DNA from: a candidate division WWE3 bacterium
Lineage (GTDB): Bacteria > Patescibacteriota > WWE3 > UBA101185 > UBA10185
Direction of reading: 5' to 3'
DNA length: 64,000 bases
Assembly (NCBI GenBank): GCA_052035175.1
Contig: JBPOHV010000001.1
Location: 105,569-169,568, forward strand
This document shows, in pieces, positions 39,300-48,626 of the stretch. How positions within the stretch are numbered: position 1 is the first letter of the stretch; each line of letters opens with the position of its first letter. The notes beneath the pieces were generated by a model, which saw only the letters and a list, made by a program, of their open reading frames with translations, made no database searches and was not told the DNA's origin. The translations under genes and the position numbers were made by a program.

Positions 39300-39966
39300 A
39301 TTTGTTGATGTCACAAAAGAATATGCAGGCGGCTATAAAGCTTTGGATGGTGTTTCATTTAGTGTTGATCCAGGTGAATTTGTGTTTGTAGTAGGTCCTT
39401 CTGGCGCCGGTAAATCAACATTGGTAAAACTATTGATAAAAGAAGACAAACCTGCAGCTGGCGATATATTTTTTGATGGCCAAAGTATACTAAGCGTAGA
39501 ACGCGCCAATGTACCTGCGCTTCGTCGTCGTGTTGGGGTCGTTTTTCAAGATTTCAAATTGCTTGATTCAAAAAATGTTTTTGATAATGTTGCAATCGCA
39601 TTGGATGTAGTAAATGCAAGTGCTGATGATATAAGAAATATAGTTCCCAATGTGCTTAGTATGGTAGGTCTTTTGGATAAAGCTGATAAATACCCAAAAC
39701 AGTTGTCAGGAGGAGAAAAGCAACGTATTTCTATAGCACGTGCAATTGCGCACGAGCCTGATGTACTAGTAGCAGATGAACCTACAGGCATGATCGACCT
39801 TGTTGCCGCCGAGGAAGTTATCGAAATCTTTGATCGAATTAATGCTTTGGGTACAACTATATTTATGGCAACACACGATAAAAAAATTGTTGATGCTCTA
39901 AAAAAGCGTGTAATTCGTTTGGAAAACGGCAAAATTGTTTCAGACAAGCAGAAAGGTACTTATTAA
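39286..39966 (+). CDS. ftsE: cell division ABC ATPase FtsE
   Basis: GPSGAGKST, GVVFQDFKLL, LSGGEKQR, ADEPTG. Confidence 0.92.
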   Translation: MAIIEFVDVTKEYAGGYKALDGVSFSVDPGEFVFVVGPSGAGKSTLVKLLIKEDKPAAGDIFFDGQSILSVERANVPALRRRVGVVFQDFKLLDSKNVFDNVAIALDVVNASADDIRNIVPNVLSMVGLLDKADKYPKQLSGGEKQRISIARAIAHEPDVLVADEPTGMIDLVAAEEVIEIFDRINALGTTIFMATHDKKIVDALKKRVIRLENGKIVSDKQKGTY

Positions 39967-39967
39967 T

Positions 39968-40855
39968 ATGGCAAAGCTTTGGTCGCGCGTAAAATCAAAT
40001 ATTAAAAATGAAAAGTTGTTAAATGTTTCTAATTTCTTGGTTCTTACTTTGTCTTTTTTTATTTTAGGTTTATTTATAAGCGTTGTAGTGGGTTCACAAA
40101 CTGCATTAAGGAAGTTGGAGTCTCAAGCCCAAATAACAGTTTATTTTAAAGATGATTTTCCAGCTGAAAAAATTTTGCAATTACAATCTACAATAACTCA
40201 AGACGCGCGAGTTGACTCTGTTGAATATATTTCGAAAGAAGCTGCATATAAATTGTTTAAAGAAATAAATAAAGATGAACCAATCTTATTAGATTCAGTT
40301 TCTGCGAGTATTTTGCCAGCAAGCTTGGAAATACGTACAAAAGATTTGTCAGATCTATCGGTGCTAGCCAGTGAATATGCAAAAGTAGATGGTGTTGAGG
40401 ACGTAAAGCATTTTGATGATGTAGTTAGCAGGTTTAGATTTTGGAGTGGTGTAGTTTATGTTATCGGGTTTGCACTTGTTGGTGTATTCTTTGTTATTTC
40501 ATATGCTGTAGTTCTAGCGACTCTAAGGGCAACTATTAATTCAAAAGGTGTGGAGTATGAAATTATGAAACTTGTTGGTGCGACTGATGCTTATGTTAAA
40601 CAACCCATACTTTATCAAGGTACTACTTTGGGGATTTTATCAGGGTTAACCGCAGGATTGTTGCTGACACTTATTACTGCTGCGCTTTATTTTGCTGGAA
40701 TATTAAAAGAAGGTTTATCTTTTGCTTTTCTTTATGGAGTAAGTATTCACCCAATACTTTATAGTTTGATACTCACATTAATCTTGGTTTTATCTGGTGT
40801 AATGCTAGGAATTCTAGGTAGCAAAATAGCTATTAAGAGATATTTGGATTACTAG
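39968..40855 (+). CDS. ftsX: cell division permease FtsX
   Basis: YISKE.A, LPASLE, EIMKLVGAT..YV. Confidence 0.9.
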   Translation: MAKLWSRVKSNIKNEKLLNVSNFLVLTLSFFILGLFISVVVGSQTALRKLESQAQITVYFKDDFPAEKILQLQSTITQDARVDSVEYISKEAAYKLFKEINKDEPILLDSVSASILPASLEIRTKDLSDLSVLASEYAKVDGVEDVKHFDDVVSRFRFWSGVVYVIGFALVGVFFVISYAVVLATLRATINSKGVEYEIMKLVGATDAYVKQPILYQGTTLGILSGLTAGLLLTLITAALYFAGILKEGLSFAFLYGVSIHPILYSLILTLILVLSGVMLGILGSKIAIKRYLDY

Positions 40856-41796
40856 TATGCAATTGTGTATACACGGTGATAAGGCTTTGGCTTGTTAAGA
40901 GTTTGCGATTTTAACCATAGCACGCTATCTAAATCGGTTGCGTTTTTTATCTTTCCCATTTCTGCAAGTCTTTTTTGTAAATATTCAATTGCAAGCACAT
41001 TTGACATTCTAATCTCATTTTCTTCTTTAGAATCTTTTTTTAACAATTCCATTGTGTCAACTTTATTTGCAAGTGATTCAGCATAATTCAAAATTTTCAT
41101 TTCTCTCATAATTTGTGGGATTTTATAATCAGCTATAGCCGTAAGCTTGTCGACATTTGTTAATCTTTTGTGATTGTATATTTGCAATGTGTCGTCTGTC
41201 ATTTTTACTTGAAGTTGAGCACGTTTGTAAAAAGCTATATCTTGACCTTTGTAATTTGAGATATCATTAAACCCTGGCATTTTTGTTACTAAGTTCTCCA
41301 GTAAGGTTGTTGCATCATAGTTAGAAGCTTCTACCATATTAAAATATGCGCCATCATAAGTTTCTTTTAAAGCCAATCCAACTTCACGCATCAATTGAAG
41401 TCTTTCATTTATCATTGGGATTTCTACATTGCCTAGAAAAATTCGCTTAATATCAGAAAGTGTAAGTTCTGATAAATAATCTGCAGAGAGTAGATTTTGA
41501 TTATCAGCAATTTCTTTGTCGAGGCAATATGCGAGTGCAACTGATCCATCAAGATTATCAACAGTCCACTTTGGTTTATCTTTTTCTGCCCAAAAACAAA
41601 ATGTTTGTGTATTAAAAACAAGTATTTCTTGCAATAAATCTTCCAAGTTATTTGTTGATTTTAGAAATGCTGATGGTTTGAAATCTATATCTTCGTGAAG
41701 AGTCTCTTGAACTAATTTATCGATCGCTATGTAGTCGATAGTAACTTGTTCGAATTTTTCTTTCGTTTTTTTAATACTATCAAGAACATTGATCAT
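40852..41796 (-). CDS. queuosine salvage protein (DUF2419/QNG1-like)
   Basis: FCFW, IPM..ER, F.D......FYKRAQL, ADYKIPQ, E.EIR, D..LW, PYHR..TIAY. Confidence 0.85.
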   Translation of the reverse strand: MINVLDSIKKTKEKFEQVTIDYIAIDKLVQETLHEDIDFKPSAFLKSTNNLEDLLQEILVFNTQTFCFWAEKDKPKWTVDNLDGSVALAYCLDKEIADNQNLLSADYLSELTLSDIKRIFLGNVEIPMINERLQLMREVGLALKETYDGAYFNMVEASNYDATTLLENLVTKMPGFNDISNYKGQDIAFYKRAQLQVKMTDDTLQIYNHKRLTNVDKLTAIADYKIPQIMREMKILNYAESLANKVDTMELLKKDSKEENEIRMSNVLAIEYLQKRLAEMGKIKNATDLDSVLWLKSQTLNKPKPYHRVYTIAY

Positions 41797-42203
41797 AATA
41801 CTATCTTTGTTAAATCGCCGTTTAAGATACTAGGTTGCATTCCTATTATTTCTGGTGAGTATTGCATATTAGGAATAGGATTTAATAAGAATATCTTTTT
41901 ATCATTTACAAAAGCGAACCCCAGTTCTAAAAGTGTGTTTCCACCGATATAGTTTTCGATTCCATTCTTATCATAATTTAACACAAGTATTGCATCTGAT
42001 TTTAATATTTTGTCATGATGTCTTTTTATTAGGTTGTGTTCTATTTTGCGAGATCCGTCTTCTTCACTAATATCAGATTTCTTTTCTCCTTCTGCAAATC
42101 CGACTGGTATATACACTTGCTTGATTCCCATTGATAGTAATTGCTCTTGCACTTTTATCATTTGATCCATAAATACAATACTTCCACAAATTGTAATTGT
42201 CAT
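41793..42203 (-). CDS. nucleoside 2-deoxyribosyltransferase-like protein
   Basis: ITICGS, KI..SDAILVLN, YIG..T..ELGFA....KKI. Confidence 0.65.
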   Translation of the reverse strand: MTITICGSIVFMDQMIKVQEQLLSMGIKQVYIPVGFAEGEKKSDISEEDGSRKIEHNLIKRHHDKILKSDAILVLNYDKNGIENYIGGNTLLELGFAFVNDKKIFLLNPIPNMQYSPEIIGMQPSILNGDLTKIVL

Positions 42204-42204
42204 T

Positions 42205-42897
42205 TTAAAACCTTTCTGTATTAATTAGCTTTTCTTCAAATGTAGTATTTCCGTCAAACGTTTTGTAAGCATTGTAAAAGTCCCAAAATTCTTCGAGTGG
42301 GGGATTAACTTTTTGTTTGAGATCGGATTCTTTTATCCACTCAAATATTCCTTCATTAGTGTTTTGTAAATCACCAGTTGGGTTATTAAATATAAATGCA
42401 TGCATAAGTTTATCTTCAACTAGCTTTTCATTCGAATAAACTACGTAATGTTTGATTGCGCATAATTGTGGTGTGCCAGTTAAATTAGTTTCTTCGTGAA
42501 GTCCTCTTGCTGCTGCGTCTGTAAATGTTTCTCCCCAAAATGGCTTTTCTGTAGCAAATCCGAAACACCCATAAAATGGGTTTTTTAATCTTTTATATAT
42601 TAAAAATTCAAGTTCGTTATTTTGTCTTCGTACTGGTATTAACACAGTGGTCGCTTTAACGCGCTCTTCTATTTTATTTGCTTCGGTTGTAATACGATTT
42701 GCAAATTCTTTTCCGGTGTCAGTTAGTGCATATGTGTCGTCGCCTTTTTTTATAAAGTCAGCCTCAATTAGTTTAGTGAGATGAAATACAAATTGTGCTG
42801 GTTCCATTTCTAGTGGTTTTATTTCTGAATATCTAGCAGACTTTCTGAACAAAAGATTTTTTAGTATTTCTATTTGGGTTTGATGCAACTGTTTCAT
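42205..42897 (-). CDS. wHTH-NUDIX fusion protein
   Basis: FHLTKLI...Y.LT..G; GET..DAAARGLHEETNL Nudix box. Confidence 0.8.
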   Translation of the reverse strand: MKQLHQTQIEILKNLLFRKSARYSEIKPLEMEPAQFVFHLTKLIEADFIKKGDDTYALTDTGKEFANRITTEANKIEERVKATTVLIPVRRQNNELEFLIYKRLKNPFYGCFGFATEKPFWGETFTDAAARGLHEETNLTGTPQLCAIKHYVVYSNEKLVEDKLMHAFIFNNPTGDLQNTNEGIFEWIKESDLKQKVNPPLEEFWDFYNAYKTFDGNTTFEEKLINTERF

Positions 42898-42964
42898 TAA
42901 GTGGAGTATATACAAGTTTTTATGAGGAGAAAAGTAAAGTCGAGTTTACTAGGCTATTGATCGG

Positions 42965-43006
42965 GCAGGAGCCCCGCCTGTTTGCCCAGATAGACGGGGC
43001 TCCTGC
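42965..43006 (-). terminator. GC-rich 3' hairpin
   Basis: gcaggagccccg / cggggctcctgc. Confidence 0.55.
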
Positions 43007-43011
43007 TTGTG

Positions 43012-43413
43012 TCATGGTCGATACACATTAAATGTGTACCAGTTCCCATCAGTGGGAACTAGTATCGCATAGTGTGTATCTTGCAGCTGACGTATCTCAG
43101 CTGCGTTTTTTTCGCCAGGTTCAACCCTGGCGTTAGAAATTTTGAAATACAGGACTCCAGGCTTATCGCCTGGGTTGCCTGTAATTTCAAATTCTGGCAC
43201 ATAAGGTGTGCCAGAGACGCCTGCACTCTTCAGAGTGCAGCGTTGTTTCTCGAGATCGCAGCGGACAGCTAGCGGTTGATATTTTCCATAGTCGATGACT
43301 ATGGAAGTATTGCTACTTATCTGCACAGTTGTAGGGCCAAATTTGGCCGCTACAACCGCCACTCCTGCTGAAAGAAATATCAGCAGTAGGACAATAGGTG
43401 TCAAACTTTTCAT
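43012..43413 (-). CDS. secreted hypothetical protein (accessory cassette)
   Basis: signal peptide, AAAAAAGGAG SD, GC-richer codons. Confidence 0.75.
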   Translation of the reverse strand: MKSLTPIVLLLIFLSAGVAVVAAKFGPTTVQISSNTSIVIDYGKYQPLAVRCDLEKQRCTLKSAGVSGTPYVPEFEITGNPGDKPGVLYFKISNARVEPGEKNAAEIRQLQDTHYAILVPTDGNWYTFNVYRP

Positions 43414-43520
43414 AGCGTCTCTCCTTTTTTTTAAATTCTTTTTTTCTGGATGTTTAAAATTGCTATTCTCACTGTATAGCTATAGGGTTAAAAATGCAAA
43501 GTGGTAGATGTTGTATGACC

Positions 43521-43548
43521 AAGAGAGGGTTGGGAGCAACCCTCTCTT
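43521..43548. terminator. terminator hairpin
   Basis: aagagagggttg / caaccctctctt. Confidence 0.6.
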
Positions 43549-43559
43549 TTTTGCTGGCG

Positions 43560-44081
43560 TCACTGCGGATAAAGCGGTGGCATCACAATAAAGTAGTTTA
43601 AGATCTCCATCTCAGAGATCTCTACTATTGTAGTGCCCTCACTACTGTGCATGACCAATGCTGGTGTGGAGACGACCTCACCTGTATCAAAGAAAGTCAT
43701 CATCGCCAAGCCCGGTGTTTCGAGTGAAAATTCGATGCCCTCAGTTGTTTCCAGACCAGAAATCTTTTCGAAGTTTGGATATTCTTGAAACAATGATGCA
43801 ACACATTCTGCTTTCTCATCTTGGGTTGTACACCCAACAATGAAAACAGCCATCTCGTCACTTTGTGGGACTACAAAAGTTGTGCCACCGAGAATCACCA
43901 AATACTCGCCAGGGTTAAGGGACTGTGGCGTAGCAGTTGGTTCTGTAGTGGCTGTGGGTGAAGGCATTGGTGTTTCGGTCGGCGACGGCGTAGCCGTCGC
44001 TTCAGGCATCGGTCTAAAAAATCCGCATGCCATTAAGGCTAAGAATATTAAACTTAGCCAGACTGGAAGCTTGTTTTTCAT
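43560..44081 (-). CDS. putative lipoprotein with Pro/Thr-rich linker (accessory cassette)
   Basis: LMAC lipobox, PEATATPSPTETPMPSPTATTEPTATP, AAAAGGAG SD. Confidence 0.75.
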   Translation of the reverse strand: MKNKLPVWLSLIFLALMACGFFRPMPEATATPSPTETPMPSPTATTEPTATPQSLNPGEYLVILGGTTFVVPQSDEMAVFIVGCTTQDEKAECVASLFQEYPNFEKISGLETTEGIEFSLETPGLAMMTFFDTGEVVSTPALVMHSSEGTTIVEISEMEILNYFIVMPPLYPQ

Positions 44082-44216
44082 GGGTAGGCTCCTTTTCTAA
44101 TGAAAAACGGTTGGAATTGATGTAGGAAATATATCAGAGTGCTAAACAAAAAGAAACTATAGGACCTGTAGGTAAATTGCCCAATAGTTTGCAATGATAT
44201 AATGACCTAGTTAAAT

Positions 44217-45449
44217 ATGAAGCTTTATAAATTACTTTTAGTTAGTGCTTTTTGTATTACTGCCCTGCTTTTCTCAGGGCTTTTTGTGTATGCTGAGGAT
44301 TCCGAAAGCATCGAAGACTTGCAAGAACAAATAGAAAAGTATGAAAAAAAGGTTACTGATTTGCAAAATCAAGTTTCATCTTTGGCAAATGAAATATCCT
44401 CGTTTGATACACAAATTGATTTAACTCAATTAAAGATCCAAAGTACTACAGCAAAGATTTCACAAAAAGAAAACGATATTACAAAATTGTCTGAAGACAT
44501 TTTGGGATTAAAAGATCGTATAGCAAAATTGGAAGAGTCAATTTCATTTCAACAAAACGTATTGAACCAGCGTATAAGAGAAAGATATAAATCACGTGAA
44601 ACCTCAGCACTTGTCGTATTTTTTGGATCATCAACATTCAATAATTTAGTGCATAAAACCGAATATCTACAAGTTCTAGAAGCACAAGATAATAGATTGA
44701 TACAAGATATGCGTAATACAAAAGAAGCATATGATCAGCAAAAGACTTTATTTGAACAAAAGAAAACCGAAGCCGAAGATTTGAAAGCAGATCTTGAAGA
44801 TGAAAAAGCAAATCTCGATTATTATAACAACCAGTTACAAGATCAAAAAAATCAAAAAGAAAAATTATTGGAAGTAACTCAAAATGATGAATCTAAATAT
44901 CAAGAGTTGCTAGAAGATGCGCGCAGAGAGTTGACACAAATAACAGGTGCAGTTTCTGCATTAATCGGTCAAGATGGTGAAGAAGTAAATCAAGGTGAGG
45001 TGATAGGCTATCAAGGTAATAGCGGTTTTTCTTCTGGTGAGCATTTGCATTTTGGCGTTTACAGATACTCTTCTTTCGAAGAAATTGATGGTTGGAATTG
45101 GTATTACTCAAATTATGTTGACCCTGCCAAGAAGCTAAAGAATAAATCTGTATATTGGAATGATGGGTGCAGTTCTTCTGGAAATAAAAACACAGGAAGT
45201 GGAAGCTGGTCGTGGCCTATTTCAAATCCTACAATTTCTCAGGGCTTTGGATATACATGTTGGTCTAATATTTATTATGGTGGCAACCCGCACCCTGCTT
45301 TGGATATGTATGGTTCAGCTGGTACTCCTGTTTATGCCGTTGAGGATGGCACTGCTTATTTTTGTAGAAATTGCTTGGGAGATGGTGGAAATGGTGTCTT
45401 CATTTTCCACGATGACAATTACATGACTTTGTATTGGCATTTAAGATAA
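44217..45449 (+). CDS. secreted coiled-coil (PcsB/EnvC-like) protein with circularly permuted M23 peptidase domain
   Basis: signal peptide, long coiled coil, IGYQGNSGFSSGEHLHF precedes HPALD...TLYWHL. Confidence 0.85.
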   Translation: MKLYKLLLVSAFCITALLFSGLFVYAEDSESIEDLQEQIEKYEKKVTDLQNQVSSLANEISSFDTQIDLTQLKIQSTTAKISQKENDITKLSEDILGLKDRIAKLEESISFQQNVLNQRIRERYKSRETSALVVFFGSSTFNNLVHKTEYLQVLEAQDNRLIQDMRNTKEAYDQQKTLFEQKKTEAEDLKADLEDEKANLDYYNNQLQDQKNQKEKLLEVTQNDESKYQELLEDARRELTQITGAVSALIGQDGEEVNQGEVIGYQGNSGFSSGEHLHFGVYRYSSFEEIDGWNWYYSNYVDPAKKLKNKSVYWNDGCSSSGNKNTGSGSWSWPISNPTISQGFGYTCWSNIYYGGNPHPALDMYGSAGTPVYAVEDGTAYFCRNCLGDGGNGVFIFHDDNYMTLYWHLR

Positions 45450-45528
45450 AACTTTGCAATACAGTACATTCTAATCTTACTAGAATATTGTGTATTGAAA
45501 TTTCTTTACAATTTTATAAATTGTTTGT

Positions 45529-46146
45529 GTGCCGAATCCAATTTCTATCTCATTACAAAAGCAGCTAGTAATACACGATGAGATAATATATGTTGACTTA
45601 GCGTGGCAAAAAGACATAGAGCCAAGTTTATTTTCAGTTCGTCCGCTGTGTGAGGGTGCAAATATATTAATACATAATCCTGTTACTGATACTTGGGTAA
45701 ATTCAACAGATGCTTTATCAGATATGCCTCCTTTGCAGCAGCGCATGTATATAAAAGTCTTACACCTAGTGCAAGAAGAAAATCTTTGGTTTGAAATTCG
45801 TAATATAAAAACATCTGAAACTTTTATAACTAATAAAGTGAAAGTTTGGCCTTACGAAGAATTCGCAAAAACTTATTTTACAACTTTGGTATTGCCCCCT
45901 GTTAGTAAACCAACTTCGGTTGAAGTTATTCAAATAATAAATGATGTACCAGCACAACAACAAGCATATAAATGGAACGTTGACCACAAAGCTATGTTTG
46001 TTTCTCTGTGTGTATTTGTTCTTATGCTATTAATCGTGAGAAGATTGATTTATGCTAAAAAACTGGCTGCCAGCAATACTAGTGATGTTTCTTATATTTC
46101 TACTATCATCAACTCCTGGAGAAGCGATAAATTCCGCAGGTCTTGA
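45529..46146 (+). CDS. hypothetical protein with C-terminal TM
   Basis: 205-aa ORF; start uncertain. Confidence 0.5.
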   Translation: MPNPISISLQKQLVIHDEIIYVDLAWQKDIEPSLFSVRPLCEGANILIHNPVTDTWVNSTDALSDMPPLQQRMYIKVLHLVQEENLWFEIRNIKTSETFITNKVKVWPYEEFAKTYFTTLVLPPVSKPTSVEVIQIINDVPAQQQAYKWNVDHKAMFVSLCVFVLMLLIVRRLIYAKKLAASNTSDVSYISTIINSWRSDKFRRS

Positions 46147-46417
46147 TAATGAAATCTTACATATTAACGGGCATTTTTTGATGTTTTTGTTGCTTAGCAT
46201 TATGTACTTTAAAGCTACTAAGAAGATATTCTATGCCATATTTTTGACATTTCTTTATGGTATATTTGACGAAATTCATCAAGTATTTACCCCGATGAGA
46301 TCTGCTGGAGTTTTTGATGTTTTTGTCGACACATTGGGTGGAATATTGGGTGGAGTAATTATATGGAAAGGATTGTCACATCTACCAAACAAACTGAAGA
46401 GCTGGCTAATGAACTAG
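46052..46417 (+). CDS. VanZ-family membrane protein
   Basis: IFLLSS.P, H...F, YGIFDEIHQVFTP.R.....DV..D..G. Confidence 0.85.
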   Translation: MLKNWLPAILVMFLIFLLSSTPGEAINSAGLDNEILHINGHFLMFLLLSIMYFKATKKIFYAIFLTFLYGIFDEIHQVFTPMRSAGVFDVFVDTLGGILGGVIIWKGLSHLPNKLKSWLMN

Positions 46418-46821
46418 CAAAAGAACTGCGTCCAAAAGACGTTGTCGCTTTGTATGGTGATTTGGGCAGTGGGAAAACCACTTTTACCAGTTATCTTGTT
46501 AAGGCGTTAGGATTTCATGATAGAGTTCAAAGTCCCACTTTTGTTATATTGCGTATATATTTCGATTGCGTTTTAAATGGTGGTAGTCAACATGCAATAA
46601 AAGAGATTAAGCACTTTGATTTGTATCGATTGCTTGATATTTCTGAGCTAGATGCGTTAGATTTTGAAGCGGTGATAAATGAGCCTGCAGGGATAAGCAT
46701 AATTGAGTGGCCAGAAATAGCTGAAAAATATTTACCAGAGAATGTTATAAAAATTTCATTTGAGTATATAGATGAGGATAAAAGAAAGGTTATTATAAAT
46801 GGCTTGGAAATTATACATTGA
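46363..46821 (+). CDS. tsaE: t6A biosynthesis ATPase TsaE
   Basis: GDLGSGKTTF, VQSPTF, HFDLYRL, IIEW. Confidence 0.93.
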   Translation: MERIVTSTKQTEELANELAKELRPKDVVALYGDLGSGKTTFTSYLVKALGFHDRVQSPTFVILRIYFDCVLNGGSQHAIKEIKHFDLYRLLDISELDALDFEAVINEPAGISIIEWPEIAEKYLPENVIKISFEYIDEDKRKVIINGLEIIH

Positions 46822-47131
46822 TTCGTCTGATAGAAATATCAGAAAAGTTGTTTTATCAAATACAGAAACTAATGAAACTTTTGAAAAAGTTTCTGAAAAA
46901 GGTGGTATTACAGAACTGATACAAGAGTTATTAGACTTTCATAAAGTTTCTTTGGGAGATATCTCTGAGATAAGTTCCAATCCTGGTCCTGGGTCATTTA
47001 CAGGATTAAAATCTGGAGCTGTCGCTGCCAATGTTCTAAACTGGGTTTTAGGTAAAAAGTCGATCTCAGAATTAGCTCTGCCAGAATATGGTGGTGAACC
47101 AAATATCCATACAAAATCAGATATCAAATAG
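46799..47131 (+). CDS. tsaB: short TsaB-like protein
   Basis: LYIDSS, GPGSFTGL..G; about half normal length. Confidence 0.75.
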   Translation: MAWKLYIDSSDRNIRKVVLSNTETNETFEKVSEKGGITELIQELLDFHKVSLGDISEISSNPGPGSFTGLKSGAVAANVLNWVLGKKSISELALPEYGGEPNIHTKSDIK

Positions 47132-47855
47132 TAACCACTTTTTTTGCTTTAATTAATAAAAACAATGGAAATTCGCTGTATTCTTTTTCTATACCTGGAA
47201 TTTCGACAAAGTTAGTGACTGCAAAATTATTTGTTACTAGTGTTTTGATATATTCAGAAATTGGTCTGTGATAAAAATAAGATTTTACCGAGCCTTTCCC
47301 AGATTTAACATGTGTATCAAGAGGTATTACCTTTGCATTTAAATATCTATCTATGCGACGGTATGTCATTTTTCTTTCTTCATCGATACCCCATCCGCTT
47401 TGTCTTGGTATACGAAATGCTGGATGAAGCATAGCTATGCATACTTCGGCTCCGGGATCAGTTAATTCGTTAACTTCTCCAAGTATTTGATCTAGTGGAT
47501 CCATATCTTGAATGCTCAATAAGAAAATTATCTTATGAAATTTTGTATTTTTAAGGTCTGGCGCAGATGCCATCTTGGCCGCATTGATTTGTAGAAAGTT
47601 TGCTTTTGGATGCAGCTCTTTGGCTTGTTTGATCATTTGTAAACTGTTATCAACGCCAAAATACATGCAGCGTGTTTTACGTATGTTTTCAAATAATATT
47701 CCCGTGCCACACCCAACATCCAAGACCTTATCTTTTTCAGTTAGTTTGAGTAATTCTAGTAAATAAGGCATTACGTAGTGGTGGTGTTTATGCCCGCTTG
47801 TACCAGCCATGCCAGAATACCATTTTGATAATTTGTTCCAATTTGACCTTGCCAT
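47124..47855 (-). CDS. class I SAM-dependent methyltransferase
   Basis: VLDVGCGTG, HPAFRIPRQSGW, YHRPIS.Y. Confidence 0.85.
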   Translation of the reverse strand: MARSNWNKLSKWYSGMAGTSGHKHHHYVMPYLLELLKLTEKDKVLDVGCGTGILFENIRKTRCMYFGVDNSLQMIKQAKELHPKANFLQINAAKMASAPDLKNTKFHKIIFLLSIQDMDPLDQILGEVNELTDPGAEVCIAMLHPAFRIPRQSGWGIDEERKMTYRRIDRYLNAKVIPLDTHVKSGKGSVKSYFYHRPISEYIKTLVTNNFAVTNFVEIPGIEKEYSEFPLFLLIKAKKVVTI

Positions 47856-47891
47856 TTAATATTGTTTTACCATACCCTATAATTATTATAA

Positions 47892-48614
47892 ATGAATCCT
47901 ACTGTAAAGAAAGTTTTATTTGGTTTGTTATTGCTTCCGTTACTGGGTTGGTCACAGATACTAGCTTTTGTAGAGTTATTATTTCTTTTTAGACCTGCTT
48001 TGTGGGTTGAGCAGTTGGTTATATTAACGATTTTTAGCGGGTATTTTATTAGTTTGTTCTGGTACGCGCATTCTCTCGGTAAAAAATATATTCTTTTTAC
48101 AATAGCTTTGATTGTTGTGTTATTTCTGATAGCCGTGACAGCAACATCTTATGAACTTATGAGAAGTATGGCATTTAAGAAAGAGATAGTGTCTAATGCT
48201 AAGCTGTTGTCAAAAGACTTTTCATCTGTTGTGAGTGTGCAAAATATAGGCTTAGTCAAAATACCTCAAACGCAAGCTGATTATAAATTGTCATTTAGTA
48301 TGCCAATGGAGATAAATAAATTACCAAAAGAGCTAAAAGATTATAAAGTAGAAATTTATCAAGGAAATACTCGCGTTATCTTTTACACATTACATATTAA
48401 TGCAGAAAATGCCTCAATATATGGAGCCAACTATGAACTTAAAAGTTTAGAATACTACCAACCTGAAATCGCCATATCTCTGGCTGGTGTTGATTATAGT
48501 TTTAACTATTTTGCTTACGATAAACCGCAAGTTCGAATCAAAATAACCAATATTACGCCGGGTTCATATAACGATGCTGTTTTATATGAAAAGGCTTTGG
48601 AGTTACCCTTGTAG
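47892..48614 (+). CDS. hypothetical membrane protein
   Basis: 3 N-terminal TMs then soluble domain. Confidence 0.65.
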   Translation: MNPTVKKVLFGLLLLPLLGWSQILAFVELLFLFRPALWVEQLVILTIFSGYFISLFWYAHSLGKKYILFTIALIVVLFLIAVTATSYELMRSMAFKKEIVSNAKLLSKDFSSVVSVQNIGLVKIPQTQADYKLSFSMPMEINKLPKELKDYKVEIYQGNTRVIFYTLHINAENASIYGANYELKSLEYYQPEIAISLAGVDYSFNYFAYDKPQVRIKITNITPGSYNDAVLYEKALELPL

Positions 48615-48626
48615 TATAATATCCGT

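Noticed and set aside
44137-44145. GAGTGCTAA CIRCE half-site
   Set aside because: No matching left arm at 9-nt spacing
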